A DNA stretch of 24,000 nucleotides from Methanobacteriota archaeon (GCA_903877165.1 CAIRCU010000006.1:1-24000); one strand, 5' to 3'. Shown: positions 15,706 through 24,000, counted from the first letter of the stretch. The notes: a model not told the origin generated them from the sequence alone. Made by a program: numbers and translations.

Positions 15706-16113
15706 ATGCACGAATGGGCACTTGCCGAATCCATCCTTGCCGCCGCAGAGAAAACCGCGACACAAGAACACCTTAAAACCATCAAGGAACTCACCATCAA
15801 CCTCGGTGAACTGCAGCAGATCGACCGTGGCATCCTGCGCTTCGCCCTCAAAGCACTTGCCGACGAACACCCAAGCTTCACGAAAGCGAAATTCGTTTTC
15901 AAGACCGAAAAAAGCCAGTTCACCTGCAACGTCTGCGCCCACACCTGGGATTACAAGGACCTGAAAAAAACCCTCGGCGCAACCGAGGCAGAGGCCGTCC
16001 ATTTCATCCCCGAGGCCGCGCTCGCGTACGTCCGCTGCGTCCGCTGCGGCAGCCCGGACTTCCAGATCACCAAAGGCCGCGGCGTCACCCTCGCTACCGT
16101 GAAAGGAACCTGA
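15706..16113 (+). CDS. hypA: Hydrogenase nickel-insertion metallochaperone HypA (archaeal long-insert type)
   Basis: N-terminal MHE nickel motif (MHEWALAESI). Zinc site CNVC ... CVRC, with an approximately 38-aa insert between the CxxC pairs as in Thermococcus HypA. Confidence 0.85.
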   Translation: MHEWALAESILAAAEKTATQEHLKTIKELTINLGELQQIDRGILRFALKALADEHPSFTKAKFVFKTEKSQFTCNVCAHTWDYKDLKKTLGATEAEAVHFIPEAALAYVRCVRCGSPDFQITKGRGVTLATVKGT

Positions 16114-16117
16114 GAGC

Positions 16118-16864
16118 ATGGATCCCCGACCCTCCATCATCGCCACCCGGTTCGCCCGCATCAAGACCGTGATCGCGGTCGCCAGCGGCAAAGGCGGCGT
16201 CGGTAAAAGTATGATAGCCGCCACACTCGCACTTTCTCTCGCAAAAAACCACCGCGTCGGCCTCTTCGACCTCGACGTCTATGGACCCTCAGCCCACCTC
16301 ATCCTCGGAGCTTCTGACCTCCAACCCACGGAGGACAAAGGCCTCGTCCCACCCCGCATCAGCAACGTCTCTTTCATGAGCCCTGTGTTCTTCACCCAAG
16401 GGAGAGCCTCTCCGCTGCGCGGCTCTGACGTCACCAACATGATCCTCGAACTCCTCGCCATCACCCAATGGAGGAAACTGGACTATCTCATCCTGGATAT
16501 GCCCCCGGGCATCGGCGACGAGACCCTGGACGTCATCCGCTTCGTCCCCAACTGTACCTTCCTCGTCGTCACCACGCCCTCCAAGGTCGCGATGGGCGCG
16601 GTCGACAAACTCCTCGACATCCTGCAGGAACTCCACCGCCCCATCATCGGAATCCTAGAGAACATGGCAACCGAACCCTCACCTATCAAAGACGACATCA
16701 CGAAGCGCAGTCTGCGCTACCTCGGCAGCCTCCCCTACGACCCGTCCCTTGAGGCCGCACTCGGACACCCAGAAAAGATACTGACAACACCTTTCGGACA
16801 ATCCCTTCGCCGCCTCCTCCCAGCAATCGAACGCTACGAGACCGCGGCTTCCTCAAACAAGTAA
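16118..16864 (+). CDS. Mrp/MinD-family P-loop ATPase, probable HypA partner (Mrp/MinD-type HypB)
   Basis: Deviant Walker A VASGKGGVGKS. The start lies 4 nt after the hypA stop. There is no CxxC Fe-S scaffold motif after ENM, unlike ApbC/Nbp35. Confidence 0.75.
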   Translation: MDPRPSIIATRFARIKTVIAVASGKGGVGKSMIAATLALSLAKNHRVGLFDLDVYGPSAHLILGASDLQPTEDKGLVPPRISNVSFMSPVFFTQGRASPLRGSDVTNMILELLAITQWRKLDYLILDMPPGIGDETLDVIRFVPNCTFLVVTTPSKVAMGAVDKLLDILQELHRPIIGILENMATEPSPIKDDITKRSLRYLGSLPYDPSLEAALGHPEKILTTPFGQSLRRLLPAIERYETAASSNK

Positions 16865-18105
16865 GTACGGGCCTCACCCACCGTGAACAACGACCCGGTC
16901 ACGCAAATCAAATCCTGCTCCCCCGCGACACTCATCGCTGTCCCCAGCGCCTCTGGAACCGTCGCGCAGACAAGGACATCTTGTTTCTCCGCAAGCGACC
17001 GCGCCAGCTCCAGCAGCTCCTGCGGTTGACACGCCCGCGGGTTCGACGACCTCGTCAACACCACCGTGGACGCCACCGGCATGATGATCTCCAGCATCCG
17101 CCGGACATCCTTATCATGACAGATCCCCACCACTAATACGATATTCATCTCCGGGAAATCCTGATCCAGCGTCTCCCGCAGCATCGCCATCCCATGCGGA
17201 TTATGCGCCCCATCCAGCACGATTAGCGGCTCATCCGAGACGACCTCCATCCTCCCCGGGTTGAACGCCTCAGTAATCCCCTCAGTAATCGCCTGATCCG
17301 AAATGAACACACCCTGCACCTGCAGCTGCTCAAGAGCAGCAAGCGCCACAGCGACATTCTGCCCCTGGTACACCCCAAGCATCCCGGTACTCACGGTATA
17401 TTCCCGCAGCTCCCCCTGTACCCGGAACTCCTGCGACGACTGAGAACGACTCGTCCGCCTCCACTTCTTGTCATCGACCACGACCACCGTTGACCCAAGC
17501 TTCGTAGCGGCATCCTTGATGACAGCAAGCGCACTGCCAGAAGCAGCGGTCACCACAGGCACGCTAGCCTTGATAATCCCCGCCTTCTCAGCGGCGATCT
17601 TCTCCTCCGTCTTCCCAAGGATCTCCGTATGCTCCAGCGCAATATTCGTAATCACCGACACAAGAGGAATGATGACATTCGTGGCGTCGAACCGGCCGCC
17701 AAGGCCGACCTCCACCACCGCGTACTCCACTTTCTTCTCCTTGAAATACAGGAACGCCAGCGCCGTCGTGATCTCAAAGAACGTCGGCGGCTCCCCCTCA
17801 GCAATCATCTGTTCAACCACAGGCCGGACTCTGGCCACGTACCGGTCGATGTCCTCACCGCTGATCGGCACATCATCGATTACGATGCGTTCCGAGAACC
17901 ACTGCAGATGTGGAGAGATATACACCCCGACATGGTACCCCGCGGCCTCAAGCACGCTCGCGACGTACTGGCAGACCGAACCTTTCCCGTTCGTCCCCGC
18001 GACATGCACGCACCGCAGGCCCTTCTGCGGGTCTCCCAGGCGCTGCAACAGGAGCGACACGCGTTCCAACCCGAACTTCCAGCCGTACTTATCAAAGCTG
18101 TACAA
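16834..18105 (-). CDS. folC: Folylpolyglutamate synthase / dihydrofolate synthase (start uncertain)
   Basis: KFGLERVSLLLQRLGDPQ...HVAGTNGKGS (Mur-ligase P-loop) and the C-terminal domain are typical of FolC. The track ORF (to 18315, GTG) would overlap purN by 188 nt. The first canonical start after the purN stop is TTG at 18105. Confidence 0.8.
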   Translation of the reverse strand: MYSFDKYGWKFGLERVSLLLQRLGDPQKGLRCVHVAGTNGKGSVCQYVASVLEAAGYHVGVYISPHLQWFSERIVIDDVPISGEDIDRYVARVRPVVEQMIAEGEPPTFFEITTALAFLYFKEKKVEYAVVEVGLGGRFDATNVIIPLVSVITNIALEHTEILGKTEEKIAAEKAGIIKASVPVVTAASGSALAVIKDAATKLGSTVVVVDDKKWRRTSRSQSSQEFRVQGELREYTVSTGMLGVYQGQNVAVALAALEQLQVQGVFISDQAITEGITEAFNPGRMEVVSDEPLIVLDGAHNPHGMAMLRETLDQDFPEMNIVLVVGICHDKDVRRMLEIIMPVASTVVLTRSSNPRACQPQELLELARSLAEKQDVLVCATVPEALGTAMSVAGEQDLICVTGSLFTVGEARTYLFEEAAVS

Positions 18106-18127
18106 CCACTGGATCCCAGGCGAATTC

Positions 18128-18799
18128 TCAGTAGCCGTCAGAGTACAGCACCTCAGGATAACACTCGTACTTCGTCTTCCAGGAATCCCCGGGCAGGATC
18201 CGGACGTACCGACCCTCGATAACCAGACGACCCTGCACGAACAACTCGATCGTCCGAGGCAGAACCTGATGCTCCACCTCAAGGATCCGCTGCGCCAAAG
18301 TATCCCTGGTATCACCAGGTAGTACCTTCACCGCGGCCTGCAGGATGATCGGGCCATGATCCATCTCCTCATCCATGAAATGCGTCGTGCACCCGGTGAT
18401 CTTCACGCCGTACTGCAGCGCATCCCCTGGCCCGTTCACCCCTTTGAACGATGGAAGCAGCGCAGGATGGATGTTGATCAGGCGGCCTTTCCATTTCCGG
18501 ACGAACTCCGGGGTCAGGACCCGCATGTACCCTGCGCCGACCACCAAGCCCACCTGATGCTGCTCCAAAATGGAGTCAATCTGCGACTCATGCATCACCC
18601 GATTCTTCCCGACGCACTCGATGCAGTACCAGGGGATGTGGTGCCGCTCCGCGCGCTTCAACGCCTGCGCCTCCGCCCGGTCACTGATCACGACCGCGAC
18701 GGTAGCGTTGATCCGCCCATGTTCTGAGGCGTCGATGATGCTTTGCAGATCGGTCCCAGACCCGGATGCGAGCACCGCGACTCGAAGACTCTTCCCCAT
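18128..18799 (-). CDS. purN: Phosphoribosylglycinamide formyltransferase
   Basis: RVAVLASGSGTDLQSIIDA and NIHPALLPSFKG motifs. The ATG at 18799 is preceded by GAGGGA. The longer track start at 18832 adds 11 non-conserved residues. Confidence 0.85.
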   Translation of the reverse strand: MGKSLRVAVLASGSGTDLQSIIDASEHGRINATVAVVISDRAEAQALKRAERHHIPWYCIECVGKNRVMHESQIDSILEQHQVGLVVGAGYMRVLTPEFVRKWKGRLINIHPALLPSFKGVNGPGDALQYGVKITGCTTHFMDEEMDHGPIILQAAVKVLPGDTRDTLAQRILEVEHQVLPRTIELFVQGRLVIEGRYVRILPGDSWKTKYECYPEVLYSDGY

Positions 18800-18864
18800 A
18801 TATTCCCTCTGTGTTCTTTTGCACCGAACCATCTACGATGTTTTCAATGTTCCGGCTCCATTTT

Positions 18865-19971
18865 TTAGAGGTGGGAGAGTATGTCCTGGATGGATTCCCA
18901 GGGGGCATCGGTCTTGAACCCGGTGGGAGTGAAATGCGTACGCGAGGCGAAAAACCCCTCAAGTCGCAGTACCTCCAGGAAATGATTCAACGGAGGCATG
19001 GAGCGCTTCAGCCTCGACGTGATATCCTCGACGGTGTAGAAGAACGGAGGTGCCTCGACTTCATCCTCAAGGAGAGAAAGCAGCTTCCAGAGCTGATGCT
19101 TGGAGCCCAGAGGCTTTGAGAACACAAGGGATCTGACCTCCTGCACGACTTTCGCCTGTAGCAGCGGCCCCATCCACAACGGACCCACAGGATGCTGTGA
19201 CGAGATGGCTAAGGGGATGTCCGATGCTGGGATCGTCAGGAGATGCCCCATAGATGCATTGGCGGCGTGCTTCCCGTTGTCGACTTTCACGTAGACCCGG
19301 AAGTAATGGTCGGTCGTATAACAGAGGAGCGGAAGGATGCCTTTGTCGTACTTCCCCGCCTCACGCGCAAGTACTCCGATGAGGATGCGCAGGCCGACCT
19401 CGTGCATGCAGGGACCATGGAGCGGCCAGGCGGCGTACCGCCGGTGGCAGACCTCGGGGAAGACGCCGCAGAGCGGTGCGGTGTCCGTCGCAGTACACGC
19501 AAGCAGTCCCCCGGGGCTGATGCTGCGCATCGCCGAATCCACGAAGGAGATGGGTGAGCCGAAGGGGTCGATGTCGATGGAGTGGAACCGCTCCCTGGCG
19601 AGCAGGATGTTGAGGTCAGCGTTGCTCGCGATGGCGTTCTTGAGGCTGTTGCGCTGGATGTTCTCCTGGATGAGGTCGAAGGCGGACTCTTTGCTGTCGT
19701 TAATCGTGACCTGCGTGTCTCCATCGAGTTCCTTGGCGAGCCGCAGGCCGCGGATGCCGGAGGCGGCGAGCCCGTCGCAGATCCTGGTCGGTTTCTGCCG
19801 ACTGGTAAGAAACCATTGGTTGACGAGGACGGAGAGGTCGCGGCTGAGTTCCATAGAAGGGTTGTAGAAAGGCTCTTTGGTCCGCGTGGCTGGTCCGCGT
19901 TTCGTGGTCTTGGGTGCTGTGACGAGAACCTGGGTTTGGCCTTCAGTGATGGAAAAACGAGCCTGGGTCAT
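18865..19971 (-). CDS. trm1: tRNA (guanine26-N2)-dimethyltransferase
   Basis: 368 aa. ITEGQTQVLV....EPFYNPSMELSRDLSV... and DIDPFGSP are the Trm1 family signatures. Confidence 0.85.
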   Translation of the reverse strand: MTQARFSITEGQTQVLVTAPKTTKRGPATRTKEPFYNPSMELSRDLSVLVNQWFLTSRQKPTRICDGLAASGIRGLRLAKELDGDTQVTINDSKESAFDLIQENIQRNSLKNAIASNADLNILLARERFHSIDIDPFGSPISFVDSAMRSISPGGLLACTATDTAPLCGVFPEVCHRRYAAWPLHGPCMHEVGLRILIGVLAREAGKYDKGILPLLCYTTDHYFRVYVKVDNGKHAANASMGHLLTIPASDIPLAISSQHPVGPLWMGPLLQAKVVQEVRSLVFSKPLGSKHQLWKLLSLLEDEVEAPPFFYTVEDITSRLKRSMPPLNHFLEVLRLEGFFASRTHFTPTGFKTDAPWESIQDILSHL

Positions 19972-19979
19972 AATCGTGT

Positions 19980-20540
19980 TTAGTAGAGTGGGGGCAGCTT
20001 CTCCGCCATGATCTTTTCGATTTTATAGGGGAGAAGGTTGCGGTTGACTGGGGTGACTTCGAGGATGCGGATGTCGTCGCGGCGTCTGATATCTTGCAGG
20101 AGTGGGGTCCTGGATTTCTTGTGCAGGGTGACCAGGATGGGTTTGTCGGAGTCCAGGGCTTCGATGACGACTTCGCAGAAGCGTTCGGAGAGCATTTCCA
20201 TTTTACCGATTTCGTCGATGACGATGATGTCGATGGCTTCTTCGTTGACGGCGCGCTCTATCGCGTGGACGCCGACGCGTTCGAGGGAGAAGAGGTCGAC
20301 GCCGTATTTGCCGACCTTGTCCTTGCATTCCATGTCGAGTTTCGCAAAGACTGCTTTTTCCTTGGTCATCCAGTCTGCGACATAGAAGCCGACGCGTTTC
20401 TTCTTCTCAACGATCGGCTCGGATATCATCCCTTCGACGGTATACCCGCTCTTCTCGATCTTCTCGATGATCTTGATGAGCGTCTCGGTCTTTCCGACGC
20501 TGGGCATCCCGGTGATACCGATCTTCGGGATATCGTCCAT
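19980..20540 (-). CDS. Nucleoside-triphosphatase THEP1 family
   Basis: KIGITGMPSVGKTE (Walker A) and IIVIDEIGKMEM (Walker B). It aligns along its length with Aquifex THEP1 as I recall it. Confidence 0.75.
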   Translation of the reverse strand: MDDIPKIGITGMPSVGKTETLIKIIEKIEKSGYTVEGMISEPIVEKKKRVGFYVADWMTKEKAVFAKLDMECKDKVGKYGVDLFSLERVGVHAIERAVNEEAIDIIVIDEIGKMEMLSERFCEVVIEALDSDKPILVTLHKKSRTPLLQDIRRRDDIRILEVTPVNRNLLPYKIEKIMAEKLPPLY

Positions 20541-20602
20541 AGTTCGTATAGGTAATGCGATTGGAATTTAGAAAGCTTTGGTATATGAAATAATCGGCGG
20601 TG

Positions 20603-21286
20603 TCACGCCTTTTTTTTCCTTGCGAGGAACGGCCCGGCGAGGATGTACACCAGGATCATTACCAGGAGTAGAAGGGGGCCAGCGATCCTCAGGAGGATTA
20701 CGAGCGCGAGTGCGGTGATGATTACGAGGCTTGCCACTACAGTTGAGCGGTTCCCCAGTTTTGGAAAAAGGAGTGACGAGATTTTCATCAGACCGAGGAG
20801 AACGAGCACAGCGACGATGACGAGCGGCGGGAACCACGTGGTCCCCAACATCCCGAGAGATATGACGATGATGGTGCTCGCCGATGCTGGCAGGCCGACG
20901 AACACCTCTTTTTCTTTCAGGAGGTGGAACGATGAGAGCCGTGTCGCGGAGCAGAACAGAAAGAACAGCATCCCTGCGAGGAGGAGAGCGAAGACTACAG
21001 GATTCAGCGACGTCGCGGTGTACACCCCGTAGAGGAATACCAGGGGGGCGATCGTCAGGGAAGTCAAGTCCGCCATCGCCTCCAAGTAGTCGCCGACCTG
21101 TCCGCTGCCGAACCTGCGGGCGACGACGCCGTCCAGACCATCCGCAAGCAACGCCAGCAGAATCAACACAAACGCAAGGGGGAACTGCCCGGAGAACACC
21201 GCGAGGACAGCGAGCAGCCCGAAGCAGGCATTGAGAATCGAGAGCAAGTCTGCGGCAGTCAGGAATCTAAGCATGGATGTCGGCAA
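20603..21286 (-). CDS. pssA: CDP-alcohol phosphatidyltransferase, archaetidylserine-synthase-like
   Basis: DGLDGVVARRFGSGQVGDYLEAMADLTS matches D-G-x2-A-R-x8-G-x3-D-x3-D. Multi-TM protein of 227 aa. It overlaps the upstream decarboxylase gene by 20 nt. Confidence 0.8.
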   Translation of the reverse strand: MPTSMLRFLTAADLLSILNACFGLLAVLAVFSGQFPLAFVLILLALLADGLDGVVARRFGSGQVGDYLEAMADLTSLTIAPLVFLYGVYTATSLNPVVFALLLAGMLFFLFCSATRLSSFHLLKEKEVFVGLPASASTIIVISLGMLGTTWFPPLVIVAVLVLLGLMKISSLLFPKLGNRSTVVASLVIITALALVILLRIAGPLLLLVMILVYILAGPFLARKKKA

Positions 21287-21914
21287 GGGTATCCTCTCCT
21301 GCTTTCACTTTATCACGGAGTTTCACGGCAAGCGTGGAGACGGCAGCCTTGGGAAGATACACGTCCACGCGCGAACCCAGACGGATCAACCCGATGCGAT
21401 CCCCTTTCTTCACTCGGTCGCCTTCCTTGATGTAGGGGATGATGCGTCGGGCGACGGTCCCCGCGATCTGCATGACTTTCACGCGGCCAACCGAAGAGTC
21501 GAAAAGTAGTGTCACGCGCTCGTTACGTTCGGAGTCCTTGGAGAACGCGGGGAGATGGCTTCCGTTTGTATGCTCCAGGCGGACGACGGTGCCGTCGACC
21601 GGGCTTCGATTCACATGCACGTTGTGGATGTTCAGGAAGGTCTTGACCCAGATGCAGGATCCCACATCCGGGTCGTCCACAGGGGAGATGCCGGTGATGA
21701 TGCCGTCAGCGACCGCGACGATTCCGGATCCGATGGTTCGCTCGGGATCACGGAAGAATACCACGAGGAGAACCAAGCCTATGATTCCAAGGAAGGTGAG
21801 GATGAGAAACCCGAAGCGTAGAAGCCCCTGGAGAACCATGCTGGCAGCGACGCAGGCGACCGTGACTAGCCCGACGCCCACGATCCATGCAAGACCGCCA
21901 CGCGCGATCCTCAT
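21267..21914 (-). CDS. asd: Phosphatidylserine/archaetidylserine decarboxylase proenzyme (short archaeal type)
   Basis: N-terminal TM helices, then FFRDPER...HNVHVNRSP.DG and the self-cleavage-site-like LIRLGSRVDVYLP. It overlaps the archaeosortase gene stop by 4 nt. Confidence 0.8.
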   Translation of the reverse strand: MRIARGGLAWIVGVGLVTVACVAASMVLQGLLRFGFLILTFLGIIGLVLLVVFFRDPERTIGSGIVAVADGIITGISPVDDPDVGSCIWVKTFLNIHNVHVNRSPVDGTVVRLEHTNGSHLPAFSKDSERNERVTLLFDSSVGRVKVMQIAGTVARRIIPYIKEGDRVKKGDRIGLIRLGSRVDVYLPKAAVSTLAVKLRDKVKAGEDTLADIHA

Positions 21915-22840
21915 GTGTGTTTCCCTCTAAAGATATGTTCAAGGGGGCCGTTGCGTTTCGGCAGTGAAATCGCATCCATGATTTCATCGTATAACTCCGG
22001 GACAATCTTGAACGTGAGGAACAGCAGCGCGATGAGCGCAAGTAAGGAGCCGACCTTGCCGATGACGTTGTGCGCCATCTCAAAGGAGACGATACTGTCT
22101 CCGGTGAGTATCACGACTCCGGCGTTCCGCACCAGGTTCAGAAGGTAGACGGGGACGACTGTGGCAAGCAACGCGATGGCCCTGCGTTTCAGAGGGATCT
22201 TCGGCAGGGCGCCAAGCATTCCGACGAACAGCAGCAGGGACTGGATTGCTGTACAGGCGAAGATGATCCGGATGGGGACGTCATTGTACAGAATGTTGGG
22301 CCCGTTCTGTACGGCACCGACCCCAAACAGATGGAGCAGCCAGACGGTCTGTCCGGCGACGGCCACGATGAGGCCGTCTCGGGCGCTGGGCAGCAGGATT
22401 TCAAGCGAGAAGTAGATAATGCCCGCTAGGAACGTCGCTCCTGCGATCCATTTCAGGGCGGAGGGGTGTTCATCGCGCTCTTTGGAGAGCCATTCGTGGT
22501 ACGCCAGGTAGACGAGGACGTAGATGCCGACGACGCAGAGGGCGGCATTGAAAATATCGCCTCCTTCGGAGAAGTACAGCAGATTCGGATAGGTGGACCA
22601 AAACAGGGCGAAGAGCACCCAGCCGGTCATCTTCAGCTGGCTTCCGCGCTGCTTCTGACTGTCGAGTGTGCCGGCGCCGAGCAACAGCAGGCTGCTGAAG
22701 AGCGGGACTGCGATAACCCATTGGTAGGAGGGCTGCGGGTACGGGAAGAGGAAGAAGTTGACGAGGAGCATGGCTGACGGTCCGCCGAGGAACCACGCCA
22801 GAATCCGAAGATCCTTCCCAGATGTCTGTGATAGCGGCAT
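21911..22840 (-). CDS. Archaeosortase/exosortase-family integral membrane transpeptidase
   Basis: 309 aa, polytopic. Candidate catalytic Cys in IIFACTAIQS (compare the C-S/T-G-I block), Arg in LNLVRNAGVV and His in FEMAHNVIGK, in the order expected for the family. The subclass (ArtA versus others) cannot be called by eye. Confidence 0.7.
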   Translation of the reverse strand: MPLSQTSGKDLRILAWFLGGPSAMLLVNFFLFPYPQPSYQWVIAVPLFSSLLLLGAGTLDSQKQRGSQLKMTGWVLFALFWSTYPNLLYFSEGGDIFNAALCVVGIYVLVYLAYHEWLSKERDEHPSALKWIAGATFLAGIIYFSLEILLPSARDGLIVAVAGQTVWLLHLFGVGAVQNGPNILYNDVPIRIIFACTAIQSLLLFVGMLGALPKIPLKRRAIALLATVVPVYLLNLVRNAGVVILTGDSIVSFEMAHNVIGKVGSLLALIALLFLTFKIVPELYDEIMDAISLPKRNGPLEHIFRGKHT

Positions 22841-22957
22841 TGCTTGAAGATCAAGGCTCCATATTGGGTGAACCTACAAAAACCCATTGGTATTCAAAGG
22901 AGAAAGGGAACGAAAGAAACATGCTTCAGATAGAGGAGCATCTGTAACCGCCGTTGG

Positions 22958-22971
22958 CTGTCGCGCGACAG
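22958..22971. repeat. 14-bp perfect palindrome CTGTCGCGCGACAG
   Basis: Verified as its own reverse complement base by base. It lies in the 198-bp gap between the BNR gene stop and the archaeosortase start. Confidence 0.9.
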
Positions 22972-23000
22972 ACGATGCGGACTCTCATGAGGAGTACGGA

Positions 23001-23024
23001 AGAAAAAGAAAAAAAAGAAAAAAG
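23001..23024 (-). terminator. Long oligo-T tract (minus strand CTTTTTTCTTTTTTTTCTTTTTCT) after the BNR-repeat gene
   Basis: Starts about 15 nt after the stop at 23039, preceded by a C-rich run. This is typical of archaeal intrinsic termination signals. Confidence 0.5.
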
Positions 23025-23038
23025 AGGGGGGTGGTTGT

Positions 23039-24000
23039 TTATATTTTCACGTAGAAGAACAGTATCTTCGCGGTGTACGACTGTGTGGCTGATACGCCTT
23101 CGTCACAGGTCGCCGAGACCGTGATGGAGATTGCCCCAAGGCCCAGGAAGAACCCGGATTTGAAGCTGAAATCTCCGCCGACGAGCAGAGCGGCTTGGGT
23201 GGCTGTCTTTGAGACGTTCACCTTGTGCAGAATGCCACCGGTGATCGCGATGTTGCAGACCAGGTTCGTCGCGTTTGCTTCCCCGTCGTTCGTGGCCTTT
23301 GCGGTCACGCCTATTCCACCGGAGACCAACGAAACGGTCAGGTGTGGCATGAGATGCGGGCTTCCCCCAGTGTCGAAGTAGATGTCATTGTCTGATCCAC
23401 GGGAGTCGGTCCAGACGATGAATGGGTAGTACACGTCCGCCATGTGCCAGGCGTTCACGACCGTCCCATCCTGATCATTGATCTGGAGTGGGGCTCCCCA
23501 TGTGGCTCCTCCATCGGTTGAGGTGGTGAGGAACAGGTTCCCATCTTTCATGAACAAGCAGTAGGCGCTCGAACCGGACATGAAGACGCGCGGGTTGACT
23601 TCATCGGAGGCGGTGTTGGCGACCACGACGTTGTGCGTCCAGGTGACACCGTTATCCGCTGTGTAGCTGCACATGAGGTCTTGGTTGCCCGCAGCATCCG
23701 ATTGGTAGACCACGATAGCGTTCGTCCCGCTGGCACCGACCGCTGGTTTCACACAGTTCGCGGTGTAGGGTGTCTCCCACATGCCCCACTGAGTCTTCCA
23801 CTGTTCCATGTCGTTCTGGGCGACGGCGTCACCCCAGCGGACGTTGATGATTTGTTTGCTTACTGTGGTGTTGGTGTATTGGAACGCGAAGAAGAACAGG
23901 GTGCTGGTGGAGGCGATGGATGAGTAGGTTGCGGGGCGTCCGTTCCAGGTGCTGTCCCAGGTGAAGGTCCATGTGTCTGCAGCGGCTCCATTGTGGGTGA
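23039..24000 (-). CDS. BNR/Asp-box repeat (sialidase-fold-like) secreted protein with a C-terminal Ig-like domain; 5' end outside the window
   Basis: I translated the frame upstream of the listed Met and it stays open to base 24000 (...THNGAAADTWTFTWDSTWNGRPATYSS...). Asp-box motifs are YTADNGVTWTH and TSTDGGATWGA. The last approximately 100 aa form a separate beta-sandwich-like region. Confidence 0.7.
   Translation of the reverse strand, partial: THNGAAADTWTFTWDSTWNGRPATYSSIASTSTLFFFAFQYTNTTVSKQIINVRWGDAVAQNDMEQWKTQWGMWETPYTANCVKPAVGASGTNAIVVYQSDAAGNQDLMCSYTADNGVTWTHNVVVANTASDEVNPRVFMSGSSAYCLFMKDGNLFLTTSTDGGATWGAPLQINDQDGTVVNAWHMADVYYPFIVWTDSRGSDNDIYFDTGGSPHLMPHLTVSLVSGGIGVTAKATNDGEANATNLVCNIAITGGILHKVNVSKTATQAALLVGGDFSFKSGFFLGLGAISITVSATCDEGVSATQSYTAKILFFYVKI

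Overview
GC-rich, very gene-dense segment of about 30 genes with almost no non-coding DNA. No rRNA, CRISPR array, transposase or integrase is visible. It reads as an archaeal chromosome. Evidence: A/T-rich TATA-like boxes about 25-30 nt ahead of start codons (several genes nearly leaderless), tRNA genes without encoded CCA and with A1-U72, and Trm1, THEP1 NTPase, an archaeosortase-like protein, a pssA/asd pair, and long-insert HypA with a Mrp/MinD-type partner. All family calls rest on motifs and remembered family sequences, because no searches were possible. Content left to right: a sulfotransferase fragment and a GT2 glycosyltransferase; a secreted beta-helix protein; an Sfm1-like SPOUT protein; a cold-shock protein; a GNAT. 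Then a tight three-gene operon of unknown function (ThrC-like PLP enzyme, DUF1611, QueC-like PP-loop/Zn protein). Then a 43-aa zinc-ribbon ORF, a stand-alone Lrp/AsnC RAM domain, dcd, and a zinc-ribbon/PspC membrane protein. Next is a bacterial-type glutaminyl-tRNA synthetase flanked on both sides by the two tRNA-Gln isoacceptors, followed by a lower-GC block of secreted sequon-rich proteins including a PQQ-like beta-propeller. Last come hypA plus a Mrp-type ATPase, and a long minus-strand run: folC, purN, trm1, THEP1, pssA, asd, archaeosortase, and a BNR-repeat protein that runs off the window. The two best candidates for something new are the tRNA-Gln/glnS/tRNA-Gln module in an archaeal context and the ThrC-like/DUF1611/QueC-like operon. 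Smaller oddities: two secreted-protein ORFs separated only by an in-frame TAA, and overlapping 3' ends at every convergent CDS-CDS junction in the window.
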